From NCBI GenBank assembly GCA_017481945.1, contig JAFUOJ010000018.1, positions 58,744 to 122,743 of the forward strand: a stretch of DNA of 64,000 bases, given 5' to 3'. Shown piece by piece: positions 8,925 through 18,747 of the stretch. Each line of letters opens with the position of its first letter. Within the stretch, counting starts at the first letter, position 1. The notes beneath the pieces are model-generated. The model was given only the letters and a program-made list of their open reading frames with translations. It was not told the origin of the DNA and ran no database searches. The position numbers and the translations under genes are program-made. Origin of the DNA: Parabacteroides sp. GTDB taxonomy: Bacteria > Bacteroidota > Bacteroidia > Bacteroidales > Tannerellaceae.

Positions 8925-10745
8925 ATGGCTGTTGAATCACACGATAAGAAACTTGATGACCTCCTAAAAATGGTTGAAGAAGGTAAGGCTCAATTACCCG
9001 ACTTTCAACGTAGTTGGGTTTGGGATGACACGAAGATATGTAAACTAATAGAAAGTATCACATCTGGTTTCCCAATGGGTGCAGCGATGTTTTTGGCTAA
9101 TGGTGGTGAGCATATCCGTTTTAAGTATCGCACATTTGAGGGAGTGAATTCTATATCAGAAGTTACACCTGAGTGGCTTGTGCTCGATGGACAACAGCGA
9201 CTCACAACCTTATATCAGGTCTTGAAGAGTAAGAAAGCAACTAATACTCGATTAGAGACCAATCGAGATACAATTATCAAACGCTATTATTATCTAGATA
9301 TTCGTAAATGTCTAGACTCTACTGCGGACAGATTGGAAGCAATCATATCTGTATCAGAGAAGAAACAGCTTACAACAAATATTGGTCGTGATGTAACGCT
9401 GGACTTATCCACAAGAGAGAAGGAATTTGAGAACCTGATGTTTCCCCTAAATATTACGTTTTCTCATAATGATACGGAAGATTGGCATTATGATATGGAA
9501 GACTATTACAAAGGTGATAGAGAGTATAGAAATTTATTCCGTGATTTCTCCCAGCAGATTCTTCGCCCAATTTTAGAGTATAACATACCTATAATTCAGC
9601 TTGATAAAGAAACCCCGAAAGAGGCTGTTTGTCAGATTTTTGAGAATGTAAACACTGGTGGTGTACCTCTTACGGTTTTCGAACTCGTCACAGCTACATT
9701 TGCTGCTGAAGGACATGAATTGAGAAAAGATTGGGAGACCATTCGTCATATTTTTGCTCAAAAAGTAAATGGCGAGCTATTGAAAGAAATCACTGGTGCT
9801 AATTTTTTGGCGGCAATGACTCTGTTGGTATCATATTATAAAAGAGTGGTTTCAGGTGATGATGAGCGTGTGGCTGTAACATGTAAGAAAAAAGACATTC
9901 TTAGGCTTGAATTGAAAGATTATTTGAAGTATCATGATGCTTTGATTAAAGGTTTCTGTGATGCAGCTGATTTCTTAGTACATCAGGGGATTTTCCGTTC
10001 CAGAGATCTTCCATATTCGTCACAACTTATTCCACTTGCTGCAATCTTTGCATACGACAACGAAAATAAAAAAATGTTGCATCTTGGAAGCAAACAGGAA
10101 TTATTGTCTCGTTGGTATTGGTGTGGCGTAATGGGTGAACTATATGGCGGTGCCAATGAAGCTAGATTTGCAACTGATATAATGGGCGTATTTCGTTGGA
10201 TGGAAGGTGGTGAAATGCCAGAAACTGTATATCGTTCCAATATACAACCAACTCGTTTATTGACTATGCAGACTAGGAATAGTGCAGCGTACAAAGGTAT
10301 TATGGCACTTATCTTACAAGACTCACCGCTTGATTTTATGACAGGGCATCGTATGGATATAGCATCTTACATTGATGAAGATGCTGATATTCATCATATA
10401 TTCCCTCAAACTTATTGCGAGAAAAATAAACTTCCACGTATAAAATGGAATTCTGTCATTAATAAGACTCCAATTTATGCATCTTCCAATCGCTCAATAG
10501 GAGGACATGCACCAAGTACCTATATAGGTACTATGGCTAACAAAGGATTAGACCAACTTAAGATTCAAGAAGCAATAGAATCTCACAAGGTAAATTATAT
10601 TTATCTTTCATCAGATGATTTTGATGCTTATTTCATAGATCGAGCAATCAAGTTATTGAATCGTGTAGAAAAAGCAACAGGAAAAGTAGTTACCGGTCGA
10701 GATAGTCAAGAAACTGTGGATGCTTATGGGGTTAGTTTGCTTTAA
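8925..10745 (+). CDS. GmrSD-like (DUF262 + HNH/DUF1524) type IV modification-dependent restriction protein
   Basis: LPDFQRSWVW, LVLDGQQRLTTL, FENVNTGGVPLT (DUF262); C-terminal DIHHIFP...N...N HNH-like. Confidence 0.85.
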   Translation: MAVESHDKKLDDLLKMVEEGKAQLPDFQRSWVWDDTKICKLIESITSGFPMGAAMFLANGGEHIRFKYRTFEGVNSISEVTPEWLVLDGQQRLTTLYQVLKSKKATNTRLETNRDTIIKRYYYLDIRKCLDSTADRLEAIISVSEKKQLTTNIGRDVTLDLSTREKEFENLMFPLNITFSHNDTEDWHYDMEDYYKGDREYRNLFRDFSQQILRPILEYNIPIIQLDKETPKEAVCQIFENVNTGGVPLTVFELVTATFAAEGHELRKDWETIRHIFAQKVNGELLKEITGANFLAAMTLLVSYYKRVVSGDDERVAVTCKKKDILRLELKDYLKYHDALIKGFCDAADFLVHQGIFRSRDLPYSSQLIPLAAIFAYDNENKKMLHLGSKQELLSRWYWCGVMGELYGGANEARFATDIMGVFRWMEGGEMPETVYRSNIQPTRLLTMQTRNSAAYKGIMALILQDSPLDFMTGHRMDIASYIDEDADIHHIFPQTYCEKNKLPRIKWNSVINKTPIYASSNRSIGGHAPSTYIGTMANKGLDQLKIQEAIESHKVNYIYLSSDDFDAYFIDRAIKLLNRVEKATGKVVTGRDSQETVDAYGVSLL

Positions 10746-10800
10746 CAAGATTGTCATTTTAAATAGCTAATAAATTCTGTAAATAATATTTATCGTATCT

Positions 10801-12549
10801 ATGGTAATAACTGAACTACATATAGAAAATATAAAAGGATTGCAAAATTTTGAGTTAAAGCAATCTATTCAACCTAATCGTCCTAATATTTTAGTTGCGC
10901 CTAACGGCTTTGGAAAGACTTCTTTAGCTATAGCATTTAAATCTCTTAAAAATAGTAAATTAGATCTTGATGAAAGTAGTTATTATAATGGAGATAATTC
11001 TAATAAACCTATTTTAAGATTAAAGTTAAGTACAGGAGAAAATTTAGAAGCAGATGACAGTCATAACTCTATATCAAGTAAATTTGATATATATGTGATT
11101 AATTGTCAGCTTAAACCTAAAGCTACTGCTCAACGATATGGTGGTAGAACTATAGCAAGAGCTTCGAACGATATTAGTCCGACTGTAATGATCCAAACTA
11201 TTCCCCAAAAAATAAACTTTGATTATTCACTTCCTAGGAATAAACGAGATTTTGGAATTAATGGAAAACTATTAACAGACATCTCCAATATTTATAGTCA
11301 GTATAACTTAATAATACGTATCTCTGAGAATATAAATTTTGAAGAGTTTAGTTTGGTTCGTTTTAAAACTCCTTTTAATGCAATAATAGCGAAAATTAAT
11401 AGTATCGATAATAGAAAAACAGCCCACAGTATTAAGGATGAAATTATTAGAGAGAATATTATAGATATCAATAATCAAGAGTTAACTAATTTATGTGATA
11501 TAATAAGACAAAATTCAGCATTTGATAATATAGTAGATGTCTTTCTTGTCGCTTGGCAAATTATTCATGTTAGAAATAGCATGGGAGTGAATTATAGAAA
11601 AGCTTTGGCGTACGCCAACTTTCTAAAAAAACAAGTAGAGATAGACTCAACTCTTGAAAAGATAAATCCTGTAAGTGATAGATTTGAAATTAAGTCTGCA
11701 ATCAAAGATCATTCTTTAATAATTGAATGGCCAAAAGCTAATATGATTTCTAATGGTCAACGTGATATTCTTACTTTTATATCTAGGTTGATGGAATGTC
11801 ATTATAAGGAATCAAAAGCTTGTATCCTTGTTATTGATGAATTCTTTGATTATTTAGATGATGCAAATCTTGTCGCATTCCAGTATTATATATCCACATT
11901 AATTGATAGTTATAGAAAAAATAGGAGAATTATATTCCCTATTCTACTTACTCATATTGATCCTAATTATTTGAAACATTTTTGTTTTAATGATAAACGG
12001 TTGAATATATGTTATCTAAAAAACTACAAGGGGAAAATTAGTGATAAAATGGCTCAATTTATAGGTGCAAGGGAGAATTTATTAATTAAAAATGCCGTAG
12101 ATACATATTATTTACATTACCATCCTAATATTGATACGATTGATATTACGGAAGAATTTAAACAGTTGTCTCTTAACCTTGATTGGGGAACACCAAGAAT
12201 GTTCAAAAAGAAAGTTGATAGAGAATTGCGAAAATATTTATTAGAGCCAGGTAAGACATATGACCCGTTGGCGGTATGTGTCTCGATTAGAATTAAGATA
12301 GAAGAAAATGCTTATAATTATATTGATGCTGATGCCCATAAACAAGAGTTCCTCATTACACATGGTACAACCGAAAAACTTAATTATGCTCATGACCAAG
12401 GAATTGTAGTTCCTGAAACCTATTATTTACTAGGTATTATTTATAATCACCCATTACACATTGCTGGTGATAATGATATGTCAAAACAGCTGAGTATGAA
12501 ATTAGAGAATGAGACTATAAAAAGTATGATTAGACATTTATGGGAGTAG
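10801..12549 (+). CDS. ABC-type ATPase with putative C-terminal HEPN, PrrC/RloC-like anticodon nuclease candidate
   Basis: Walker A APNGFGKTS, signature ISNGQ, Walker B LVIDEFFDYLD, H-loop LLTH; C-terminal SIRIKIEE and YNHPLH; very AT-rich. Confidence 0.6.
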   Translation: MVITELHIENIKGLQNFELKQSIQPNRPNILVAPNGFGKTSLAIAFKSLKNSKLDLDESSYYNGDNSNKPILRLKLSTGENLEADDSHNSISSKFDIYVINCQLKPKATAQRYGGRTIARASNDISPTVMIQTIPQKINFDYSLPRNKRDFGINGKLLTDISNIYSQYNLIIRISENINFEEFSLVRFKTPFNAIIAKINSIDNRKTAHSIKDEIIRENIIDINNQELTNLCDIIRQNSAFDNIVDVFLVAWQIIHVRNSMGVNYRKALAYANFLKKQVEIDSTLEKINPVSDRFEIKSAIKDHSLIIEWPKANMISNGQRDILTFISRLMECHYKESKACILVIDEFFDYLDDANLVAFQYYISTLIDSYRKNRRIIFPILLTHIDPNYLKHFCFNDKRLNICYLKNYKGKISDKMAQFIGARENLLIKNAVDTYYLHYHPNIDTIDITEEFKQLSLNLDWGTPRMFKKKVDRELRKYLLEPGKTYDPLAVCVSIRIKIEENAYNYIDADAHKQEFLITHGTTEKLNYAHDQGIVVPETYYLLGIIYNHPLHIAGDNDMSKQLSMKLENETIKSMIRHLWE

Positions 12550-12632
12550 TTTTTTCAAAAAGCTATATGTGTTGCATCATTTTTTAGATCTACCGTTTTT
12601 TTATCATATTCTATTTAGTTAAGCTCCTTATT

Positions 12633-13628
12633 ATGTTACAAGAAATACAATTCATATTATACAATCTTCCGGAAAAGGAAGGAAAGGTGCAGGTAATCAT
12701 CAGGGATGAAACCCTTTGGTGTACCCAAAAGGCGATGGCTCAACTTTTTGGCGTGGATAGAACGGTTGTTTCCAAGCATCTCAAAAATATATTTGAGTCA
12801 GCTGAGTTACAGCAGGATTCAGTATGTGCAAAATTTGCACATACTGCCGAGGATGGCAAGATATATAACACACAATTTTATAATCTTGATGCTGTTATCT
12901 CGGTTGGTTATCGTGTAAATTCACTACAAGCTACTCGTTTCCGTCAATGGACTACGAAAATCCTGAATGAATACATTAAAAAAGGGTTTGTTCTTAATGA
13001 TGACCGTTTGAAGCAAGGTGAAACGGTGTTTGGGCAGGATTATTTTCAGGAGTTGCTTGAACGGATACGTTCCATCCGTGCCAGTGAGCGTAGGATATGG
13101 CAGAAGATTACGGATATATATGCTGAGTGTAGCATTGACTATGACAAAGACTCGCCAACAACACACGATTTCTATGCGATGATTCAGAATCGGTTTCATT
13201 ATGCAATTACAGGGCAGACGGCAGCCGAAATTGTGTATCACAATGCGGATCATGCCAAAGAGCATATGGGTTTGACTACTTGGAAGAACTCTCCCAATGG
13301 ACGTATCTTAAAATCGGATGTTACTGTTGCAAAGAACTATCTGCCAGAGAAAAAGATAAAGGAATTGGAGCTTGCTGTATCAGCATTCTTCGAATATATT
13401 GAAAACCTTATTAGACGTCGGAACACTTTCAATATGGAGCAATTCTCTGAAAGTGTAGCTAAGTTCCTCTCATTTATGGATTATCAGATTTTGCCAGATA
13501 AAGGACGTATTTCTGCTGTTCAGGCAAAAGCCAAGGCGGAACAGGAATATGATATTTTTAATCTTACTCAACCGATTGATTCTGATTTTGATAAGCAAAT
13601 CAGAGGGGTGTTAGAGCAAGGGGAGTAA
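12633..13628 (+). CDS. rhuM: RhuM family protein
   Basis: ETLWCTQKAMAQLF, YNLDAVISVGYRVNS, ERIRSIRASER, GQTAAEI, DVTVAKNYL. Confidence 0.9.
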   Translation: MLQEIQFILYNLPEKEGKVQVIIRDETLWCTQKAMAQLFGVDRTVVSKHLKNIFESAELQQDSVCAKFAHTAEDGKIYNTQFYNLDAVISVGYRVNSLQATRFRQWTTKILNEYIKKGFVLNDDRLKQGETVFGQDYFQELLERIRSIRASERRIWQKITDIYAECSIDYDKDSPTTHDFYAMIQNRFHYAITGQTAAEIVYHNADHAKEHMGLTTWKNSPNGRILKSDVTVAKNYLPEKKIKELELAVSAFFEYIENLIRRRNTFNMEQFSESVAKFLSFMDYQILPDKGRISAVQAKAKAEQEYDIFNLTQPIDSDFDKQIRGVLEQGE

Positions 13629-13700
13629 AAGTTAGCTTTTGACACAATACAGAATAAAGTCTCAACCGATAGCAATCCCTATCCGATTGAGACTTTTCGT

Positions 13701-14240
13701 TTATTTGCCTCTATCCGAAAACTTCTGTATAACTACAGCTATACCAATCCCCAAAACAGCCATAAGAATACAACCAATAACAGCCTTCCAAATCAATCCG
13801 GAATGCAAAATCTCTGCATTAGCCACTATCATGCACACGAAAAAAGAAGACAGAGCGACTACAATGATAATCAAAATGTAGAATGCGGTAGCCGGGATAT
13901 GGATAGCATTGTCGGCTTTCTTTATTCTCCGCTCGGCTTCCTTGCATTTGCTTTCAATCTGACCAAGAAAATTGCAGAGAAGTGTTGCTCCAAATTCAAC
14001 TGCCAACTTCTGCATTTCTTCAGAAATGATAGGTTTGCACTCTCGTATAGAGCCGGACAGATTTTCAACTTCTGTTCTCAGCTTATATACATTGTCATTC
14101 AGGCTGGCAAGTTCCTTGGCATTTATATCGAGTAGCCGTTTTTCTTCTTCCAGATATTCATTCTTGGGAGTGGTTTTTATGGATTCCACTTCACTCATTT
14201 CTGCGGAAAAATCGAATTTCTTTTTCATGTTTGGCTTCAT
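13701..14240 (-). CDS. Hypothetical coiled-coil protein with two C-terminal TM helices (mobilization operon)
   Basis: Immediately downstream of relaxase; hydrophobic C-terminal segments. Confidence 0.7.
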   Translation of the reverse strand: MKPNMKKKFDFSAEMSEVESIKTTPKNEYLEEEKRLLDINAKELASLNDNVYKLRTEVENLSGSIRECKPIISEEMQKLAVEFGATLLCNFLGQIESKCKEAERRIKKADNAIHIPATAFYILIIIVVALSSFFVCMIVANAEILHSGLIWKAVIGCILMAVLGIGIAVVIQKFSDRGK

Positions 14241-14244
14241 AGGC

Positions 14245-15456
14245 TTATCGTTTTAGTCCTGTTTTCGGTTTCTTCCCTAACGAACGACTGGCAGCACGAG
14301 CGCATCTGCGTGCCCATTGTAAGTCGTCTTCGTCCTTGTCTCTCCACGGGAGATCGCTTTGTGAACCTCCGCCACCTCCACCGGTTGTTACATTGGGGGT
14401 ATCTATCAGTCCGACAAATATAGCTACAGCCATATCGATAAGTTCCTGACAGTTGGCAATAAACCTGTAATCAAATTCGTCATTGAAACAGTCAAGTACT
14501 TTTTCCGGGATATAGAATTTGTAATCCTTGCCTTCATGACTGAGGGCATAGGAAATCATATCCTGACTATATGTGAGATATTGGGTATAGTCAATAGGGG
14601 CAACCTTCTGTATCGCTGCCTGTTGAACGGTTGGGGGAGTATTATTGCTAATGACGGTAGCTGGCTGATGGTGCAGTTTCTTCCATGTCGCAGGAAGTTT
14701 CGAGACCATCAGGTTCCTGCCGATTCCCAATTCGGAAGCTTTGTATTTAGTGTTCCCATTCATGAGGGCATAACCACGAAGAATACCTTTCTTGTCCTCC
14801 CTTTCATGGACGGTATAACCTTTCTGTATAAGAGCATTCTTGTATTCATCCCATGACCATGATGACATTGCTTTCAATACATTCATGCAGTCTCGGTTCA
14901 CTTGTGGAATGTTTCGATTTCTGATTTGTGCCGCAGTCGTCCAGCCTCGTTTCTTTGCCACTCGTTCGGCAGCACGTTGCGCCCGAAGATGAATGTTGTG
15001 GTCATTGTTGATGTTGCCGTTCTCATCCAGACGGCAGACCGCAGCATGTAGATGGGGAACTTCGCCTTTGGATTCCGTATGAAGCCAAACCGAGTACTTG
15101 CTGCCTGCCAAATTGGTCGGATAGGAACGGACTTTTCCATCCTTGCCGGTAATCACCTGTTTGTCGAACTCCTCGGCGAAATCTTGCCAAAGATTTTGCC
15201 AATCTTCGATGTCATAGAATTGGGTATGTTCGGGCGATGGACTCAGCTCGATTCTGATAACGGAGTTCTTTATCGGTTGATGCTGGGATAGGGTCAACTG
15301 CATGGAGTTCCATATCCCCATAGCATCCGGTTCTGAGGACAACAGATTGTCCAATACCCGATAGATTTTCTCCGGATGCTTCTTATGCTGTGATTCGCCG
15401 GTAATGTAACGGAGGTCGTTTATGCCGTGCGATATGGCTTTGGCTTTCGCAATCAT
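14245..15456 (-). CDS. Relaxase/mobilization nuclease (MOBP-like)
   Basis: N-terminal LRYI tyrosine, IELSP, HUH motif WLHTES...PHLHAAV; Gly-rich GGGGGG-SDLPW tail typical of Bacteroidales relaxases. Confidence 0.88.
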   Translation of the reverse strand: MIAKAKAISHGINDLRYITGESQHKKHPEKIYRVLDNLLSSEPDAMGIWNSMQLTLSQHQPIKNSVIRIELSPSPEHTQFYDIEDWQNLWQDFAEEFDKQVITGKDGKVRSYPTNLAGSKYSVWLHTESKGEVPHLHAAVCRLDENGNINNDHNIHLRAQRAAERVAKKRGWTTAAQIRNRNIPQVNRDCMNVLKAMSSWSWDEYKNALIQKGYTVHEREDKKGILRGYALMNGNTKYKASELGIGRNLMVSKLPATWKKLHHQPATVISNNTPPTVQQAAIQKVAPIDYTQYLTYSQDMISYALSHEGKDYKFYIPEKVLDCFNDEFDYRFIANCQELIDMAVAIFVGLIDTPNVTTGGGGGGSQSDLPWRDKDEDDLQWARRCARAASRSLGKKPKTGLKR

Positions 15457-15872
15457 TCTTCTTCGGATTTAGGGGTGGACGGAATTTTGTTCTTCTCTTT
15501 TACAGCATTCAGGAACTGGCAGATATTTTCAGCCACATTACCTAATTCTTTCAGCCAGCCCACCATAAACGGAACCTGATTGAACATTGCCATGCGCTGC
15601 TTTGTGGACATTCCGTGTAGGGCGGAGGTGTATTTTACGAGGTCTGACCGACAATCGTCCAGATTCTGTAACAGTACCGCTTCTTCTTTCGTGAGCCTTG
15701 CTTTTGGCTTGAAGTTATACGCACGTGATAATATGTAGTCACTTACAGTCATGCCGCATTGTCCGGCCAGTGATTTTATATGCTCCTTCTGAGTAGGAGT
15801 GACTTTTGCTCCGATGAAGACACTTCTGGTTTCTTTCGAGGAGTCCGATGTATTTTCAATATCTTCTTTCAT
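15453..15872 (-). CDS. Mobilization accessory protein (MobC/RHH type)
   Basis: RSVFIGAKVT...AGQCGMTVSDYI ribbon-helix-helix pattern; overlaps relaxase start. Confidence 0.8.
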   Translation of the reverse strand: MKEDIENTSDSSKETRSVFIGAKVTPTQKEHIKSLAGQCGMTVSDYILSRAYNFKPKARLTKEEAVLLQNLDDCRSDLVKYTSALHGMSTKQRMAMFNQVPFMVGWLKELGNVAENICQFLNAVKEKNKIPSTPKSEEE

Positions 15873-15949
15873 CTGAATCGTTTTATAATGGTTGAATAGG
15901 TGCGAGCTTGCGAGTACCGCACCGGCGAGGGAACTGAGCAGGCGAGAGC

Positions 15950-15999
15950 GCCAATGTACAACCGTAACGCAGTGAGGTTATACCTTGGCATATCTCGCA
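15950..15999. promoter_or_regulatory. Putative oriT (inverted repeat plus nic-like sequence)
   Basis: GCCAATGTACAACC (15950-63) / GGTTATACCTTGGC (15976-89), 12/14 inverted, followed by ATATCTCGCA; directly upstream of mobC. Confidence 0.5.
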
Positions 16000-16185
16000 A
16001 CAGTTACCTGTTGATGCTTCACGGCAAGCCATATCGGTTGCGTATAGTGAACTGGCACTCGGATAGGAAACATAGGATGATACTAGCCTCTAAAAGAGGG
16101 GAGAATATGAATATCTCACATGATGTCTTCCTCCGACTTTGCTTTATTCTTATATATACGCCCCAACAATAAAGTAAAGTTGAAC

Positions 16186-17256
16186 TCAATAATGGTATTC
16201 TGGATTGAAGGCATAATCTTTCCCTTCTTTTATAACCATTTGTTTGTCGCTGAGCAATGTTGCGACCTTTACCGCCTTGTTATAACCGAGTTTTATACCC
16301 TGTAATCCGTAACCCTCTTTCAAGCGTTCTATATAATCATCGTAATTGTTGATGTTGCCATTGGCAAAAACGGCATCCAATGCTGGACGATGTACATTCT
16401 TTGGAATCTCCTTGTCTGGATCGAACGGTCCTTTGGTTGGTCGTCCGGTCTTCTTCTCTTTTGGCAGATAGGACTCTACTGGTTCGGGCATGGCTTCCTC
16501 GTTTATGCGGAAGGCGAAAGGCTCAAACTCACGGTCACGGATATGGACGGCTTCGACCACGCTTACAGTCTTGTCCTCTTTGTCCACTTCGACCTGCATG
16601 ATGGTTTCTGCTTTGTTGTTGAGTTCCGTGCCGATGTGACCACGGGCATGTTCATCATTCTTGTTCTGATGCAAGACGGTATGGATATGGATTTGCCTGT
16701 CATCCGTCCACTGCATGAATTTGGAGATGATGTCGGTGGATTCGCTGGAGGAATTGATGTCGTAAAGGAAATCACGAATGCCATCTATGATGACCAATCC
16801 CAAATCCGGTATTATGCCAATGGCCTGTTCGACTATCGCCAGACGTAGTTTAGGGGAAAACTTGCGCAGAGCCAGCATAATCAGATTATCCGGATTCTTG
16901 TATTCCGGCAAGTCGGCCAAACGTAAGATGCGCTTCAATACCTGTTGGCAATGATACCGCCCCTGCTCTGTGTCTATGTATAGAATCCTCCGCTTATTTT
17001 CGGGAAATGTAGACCGGTAATGAAGTACGGTGCTGTTATTCAATGCCGATGCGACAATGGCTGAAACGTTGAAAGTTTTCTTGCTTTTGGCTTTTCCGAT
17101 GGAAGCACTGAAGTTTCCCAATGTTCCGATAACAGTATCGTCAACCATCAGAACCACCGGGGAGTGTTCGTATGTACTTGTTGCGCTTATTGTTGACTCC
17201 GCCATATAAGCGGCCAATTCTTCAGGAGAAAGAATAATAGTGTCTGTCTTTTCCAT
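16186..17256 (-). CDS. AAA_25/RepA-like ATPase of Bacteroidales mobilizable elements
   Basis: GKAKSKKTF Walker A variant, LYIDTEQG, VIIDGIRD, VLHQNK, ARGHIGTEL. Confidence 0.85.
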   Translation of the reverse strand: MEKTDTIILSPEELAAYMAESTISATSTYEHSPVVLMVDDTVIGTLGNFSASIGKAKSKKTFNVSAIVASALNNSTVLHYRSTFPENKRRILYIDTEQGRYHCQQVLKRILRLADLPEYKNPDNLIMLALRKFSPKLRLAIVEQAIGIIPDLGLVIIDGIRDFLYDINSSSESTDIISKFMQWTDDRQIHIHTVLHQNKNDEHARGHIGTELNNKAETIMQVEVDKEDKTVSVVEAVHIRDREFEPFAFRINEEAMPEPVESYLPKEKKTGRPTKGPFDPDKEIPKNVHRPALDAVFANGNINNYDDYIERLKEGYGLQGIKLGYNKAVKVATLLSDKQMVIKEGKDYAFNPEYHY

Positions 17257-17258
17257 CG

Positions 17259-17633
17259 CTACCAGTTTTTAGGGTTCGGTTTACGGCGATGGGAGGCGAG
17301 CAAAGACTCATTCTCGTCCTCGAAATTTTGCGGAGCCGGATTCTTCCGGGAAGATTCCAGCCATCTATCCAGTTCGTCACGATAGATGTAGAGATGCTTT
17401 CCCTGTTTTATAACCGGAATATCGTCTTTCTTGACCTTGTAATAAAAGGTCGACAACGGCATTTTAAGATAGTTGCAAGCCTCCTGTACGGTCATGGGGA
17501 CGTGCGTGTTCTCTTTGGTTTCGTACTGCTTGGAAAGTTTCTCCATAAGCAGGTTTTCCATACTTGCGATTCTGTCGCATAGTTCGCCTATCACAGTCGG
17601 CAGGTCGTTGAATGTCAGTTGGTCTTTTTCCAT
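17259..17633 (-). CDS. HTH_17 excisionase-like DNA-binding protein
   Basis: LTFNDLP...MTVQEACNYL..PLSTFYY...IPVIKQGKHLY; start moved to ATG 17633. Confidence 0.85.
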   Translation of the reverse strand: MEKDQLTFNDLPTVIGELCDRIASMENLLMEKLSKQYETKENTHVPMTVQEACNYLKMPLSTFYYKVKKDDIPVIKQGKHLYIYRDELDRWLESSRKNPAPQNFEDENESLLASHRRKPNPKNW

Positions 17634-17732
17634 ATTATAATTAATTTGATTGTTTAATATGCTGCGAACCAACTCAATGAAACCTTGCAGAACAATACAG
17701 ACCGGATTAATTATTTCGTCTGCAAACTTTTT

Positions 17733-18578
17733 TTATTGCGAGTCATCATTATCTGCATCTAAATGGAAGCGATAGTCGCCTTTATCTGGTATATCAATGG
17801 GAATCTGGCTTGATACATTATCCCGTAAATTAAGCTTAAGATATTCAAGGGTTGCGTTTGCAAGTTCGTATGGAAATGATTTCTTGATAAAAACGGCTCT
17901 TTTCGCTAAGGGCACTCCCAAGCGTTCACCGACATTCCATGCCAAATGGCGAAGTCCCGGCGACCTCAGCGGATTGTCTATATTGGAACGAATCGGTTTA
18001 TATGACTCAGGTTGATTGTAAGACATATACTCTATATTGGAAATAAGGGTGGCAATATCCTCTTTTGAGAGATAGGGGGCAGTCTTGACGGTTACATATT
18101 CCCGAATCGCATCCATAATTTCCGCTTGCCTTTCAATCTCTTTCTTTTTGAGTTCCACCAATATGGAATCATATTTATTCAAATGAGAATCTTGCGGACA
18201 ATCAGAGTTTACAGTATCTTGATTCGACTGTTGGGACGGAGGACATTTCTGTTCAAGCAAATCCATCGGTTGCTCGATGGGCAGTGTTTCAGTAGCATCC
18301 GTAGATTCTATGGCGTTCTCTGATTTTACAATAGGGGTATATGGTTCGCCCAAAGAGAAATTGATAGGATTTTTTGTCAGCCAGTTATAGAAAAATTTGT
18401 GCAGGAGTCCGCACAATATGATAGCTATTACCAGTCCAAGGGTGACTGGAGTCGTTATACGCATGATATTGATGTCATGGCAAAGGAAAAGATAAGTATC
18501 TATGGCCGCATAAATGATAACGGACAGTGCGAGGATAAAACTTATCTTTTTAGTCTGAATTTGTTTTTTATTCGTCAT
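17733..18578 (-). CDS. Hypothetical membrane-anchored protein of mobilizable element
   Basis: Two N-terminal TM segments; C-terminal LRHLAWNVGERL...FIKKSFP; start placed at ATG 18578. Confidence 0.7.
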   Translation of the reverse strand: MTNKKQIQTKKISFILALSVIIYAAIDTYLFLCHDINIMRITTPVTLGLVIAIILCGLLHKFFYNWLTKNPINFSLGEPYTPIVKSENAIESTDATETLPIEQPMDLLEQKCPPSQQSNQDTVNSDCPQDSHLNKYDSILVELKKKEIERQAEIMDAIREYVTVKTAPYLSKEDIATLISNIEYMSYNQPESYKPIRSNIDNPLRSPGLRHLAWNVGERLGVPLAKRAVFIKKSFPYELANATLEYLKLNLRDNVSSQIPIDIPDKGDYRFHLDADNDDSQ

Positions 18579-18681
18579 AGTCTGCAAGTATTTGGAATCG
18601 TTTCGCGCTAAAGATATAATCGATATTCCAGATAGTTGCAATAAAGAGACTGATAGTTACCACGTATCATGCTAAATATCA

Positions 18682-18723
18682 CGGTCAGAGTATGATTTTT
18701 TACCTAAAATCATACTCTGACCG
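18682..18723. terminator. Perfect 18-bp hairpin downstream of integrase
   Basis: CGGTCAGAGTATGATTTT-ttacct-AAAATCATACTCTGACCG. Confidence 0.55.
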
Positions 18724-18747
18724 CAGAAATCGAGGACAAAGCAGCTG

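Noticed and set aside
15900-16172. 90-aa ORF on + strand
   Set aside because: Overlies the putative oriT/mob promoter region; no recognisable protein features
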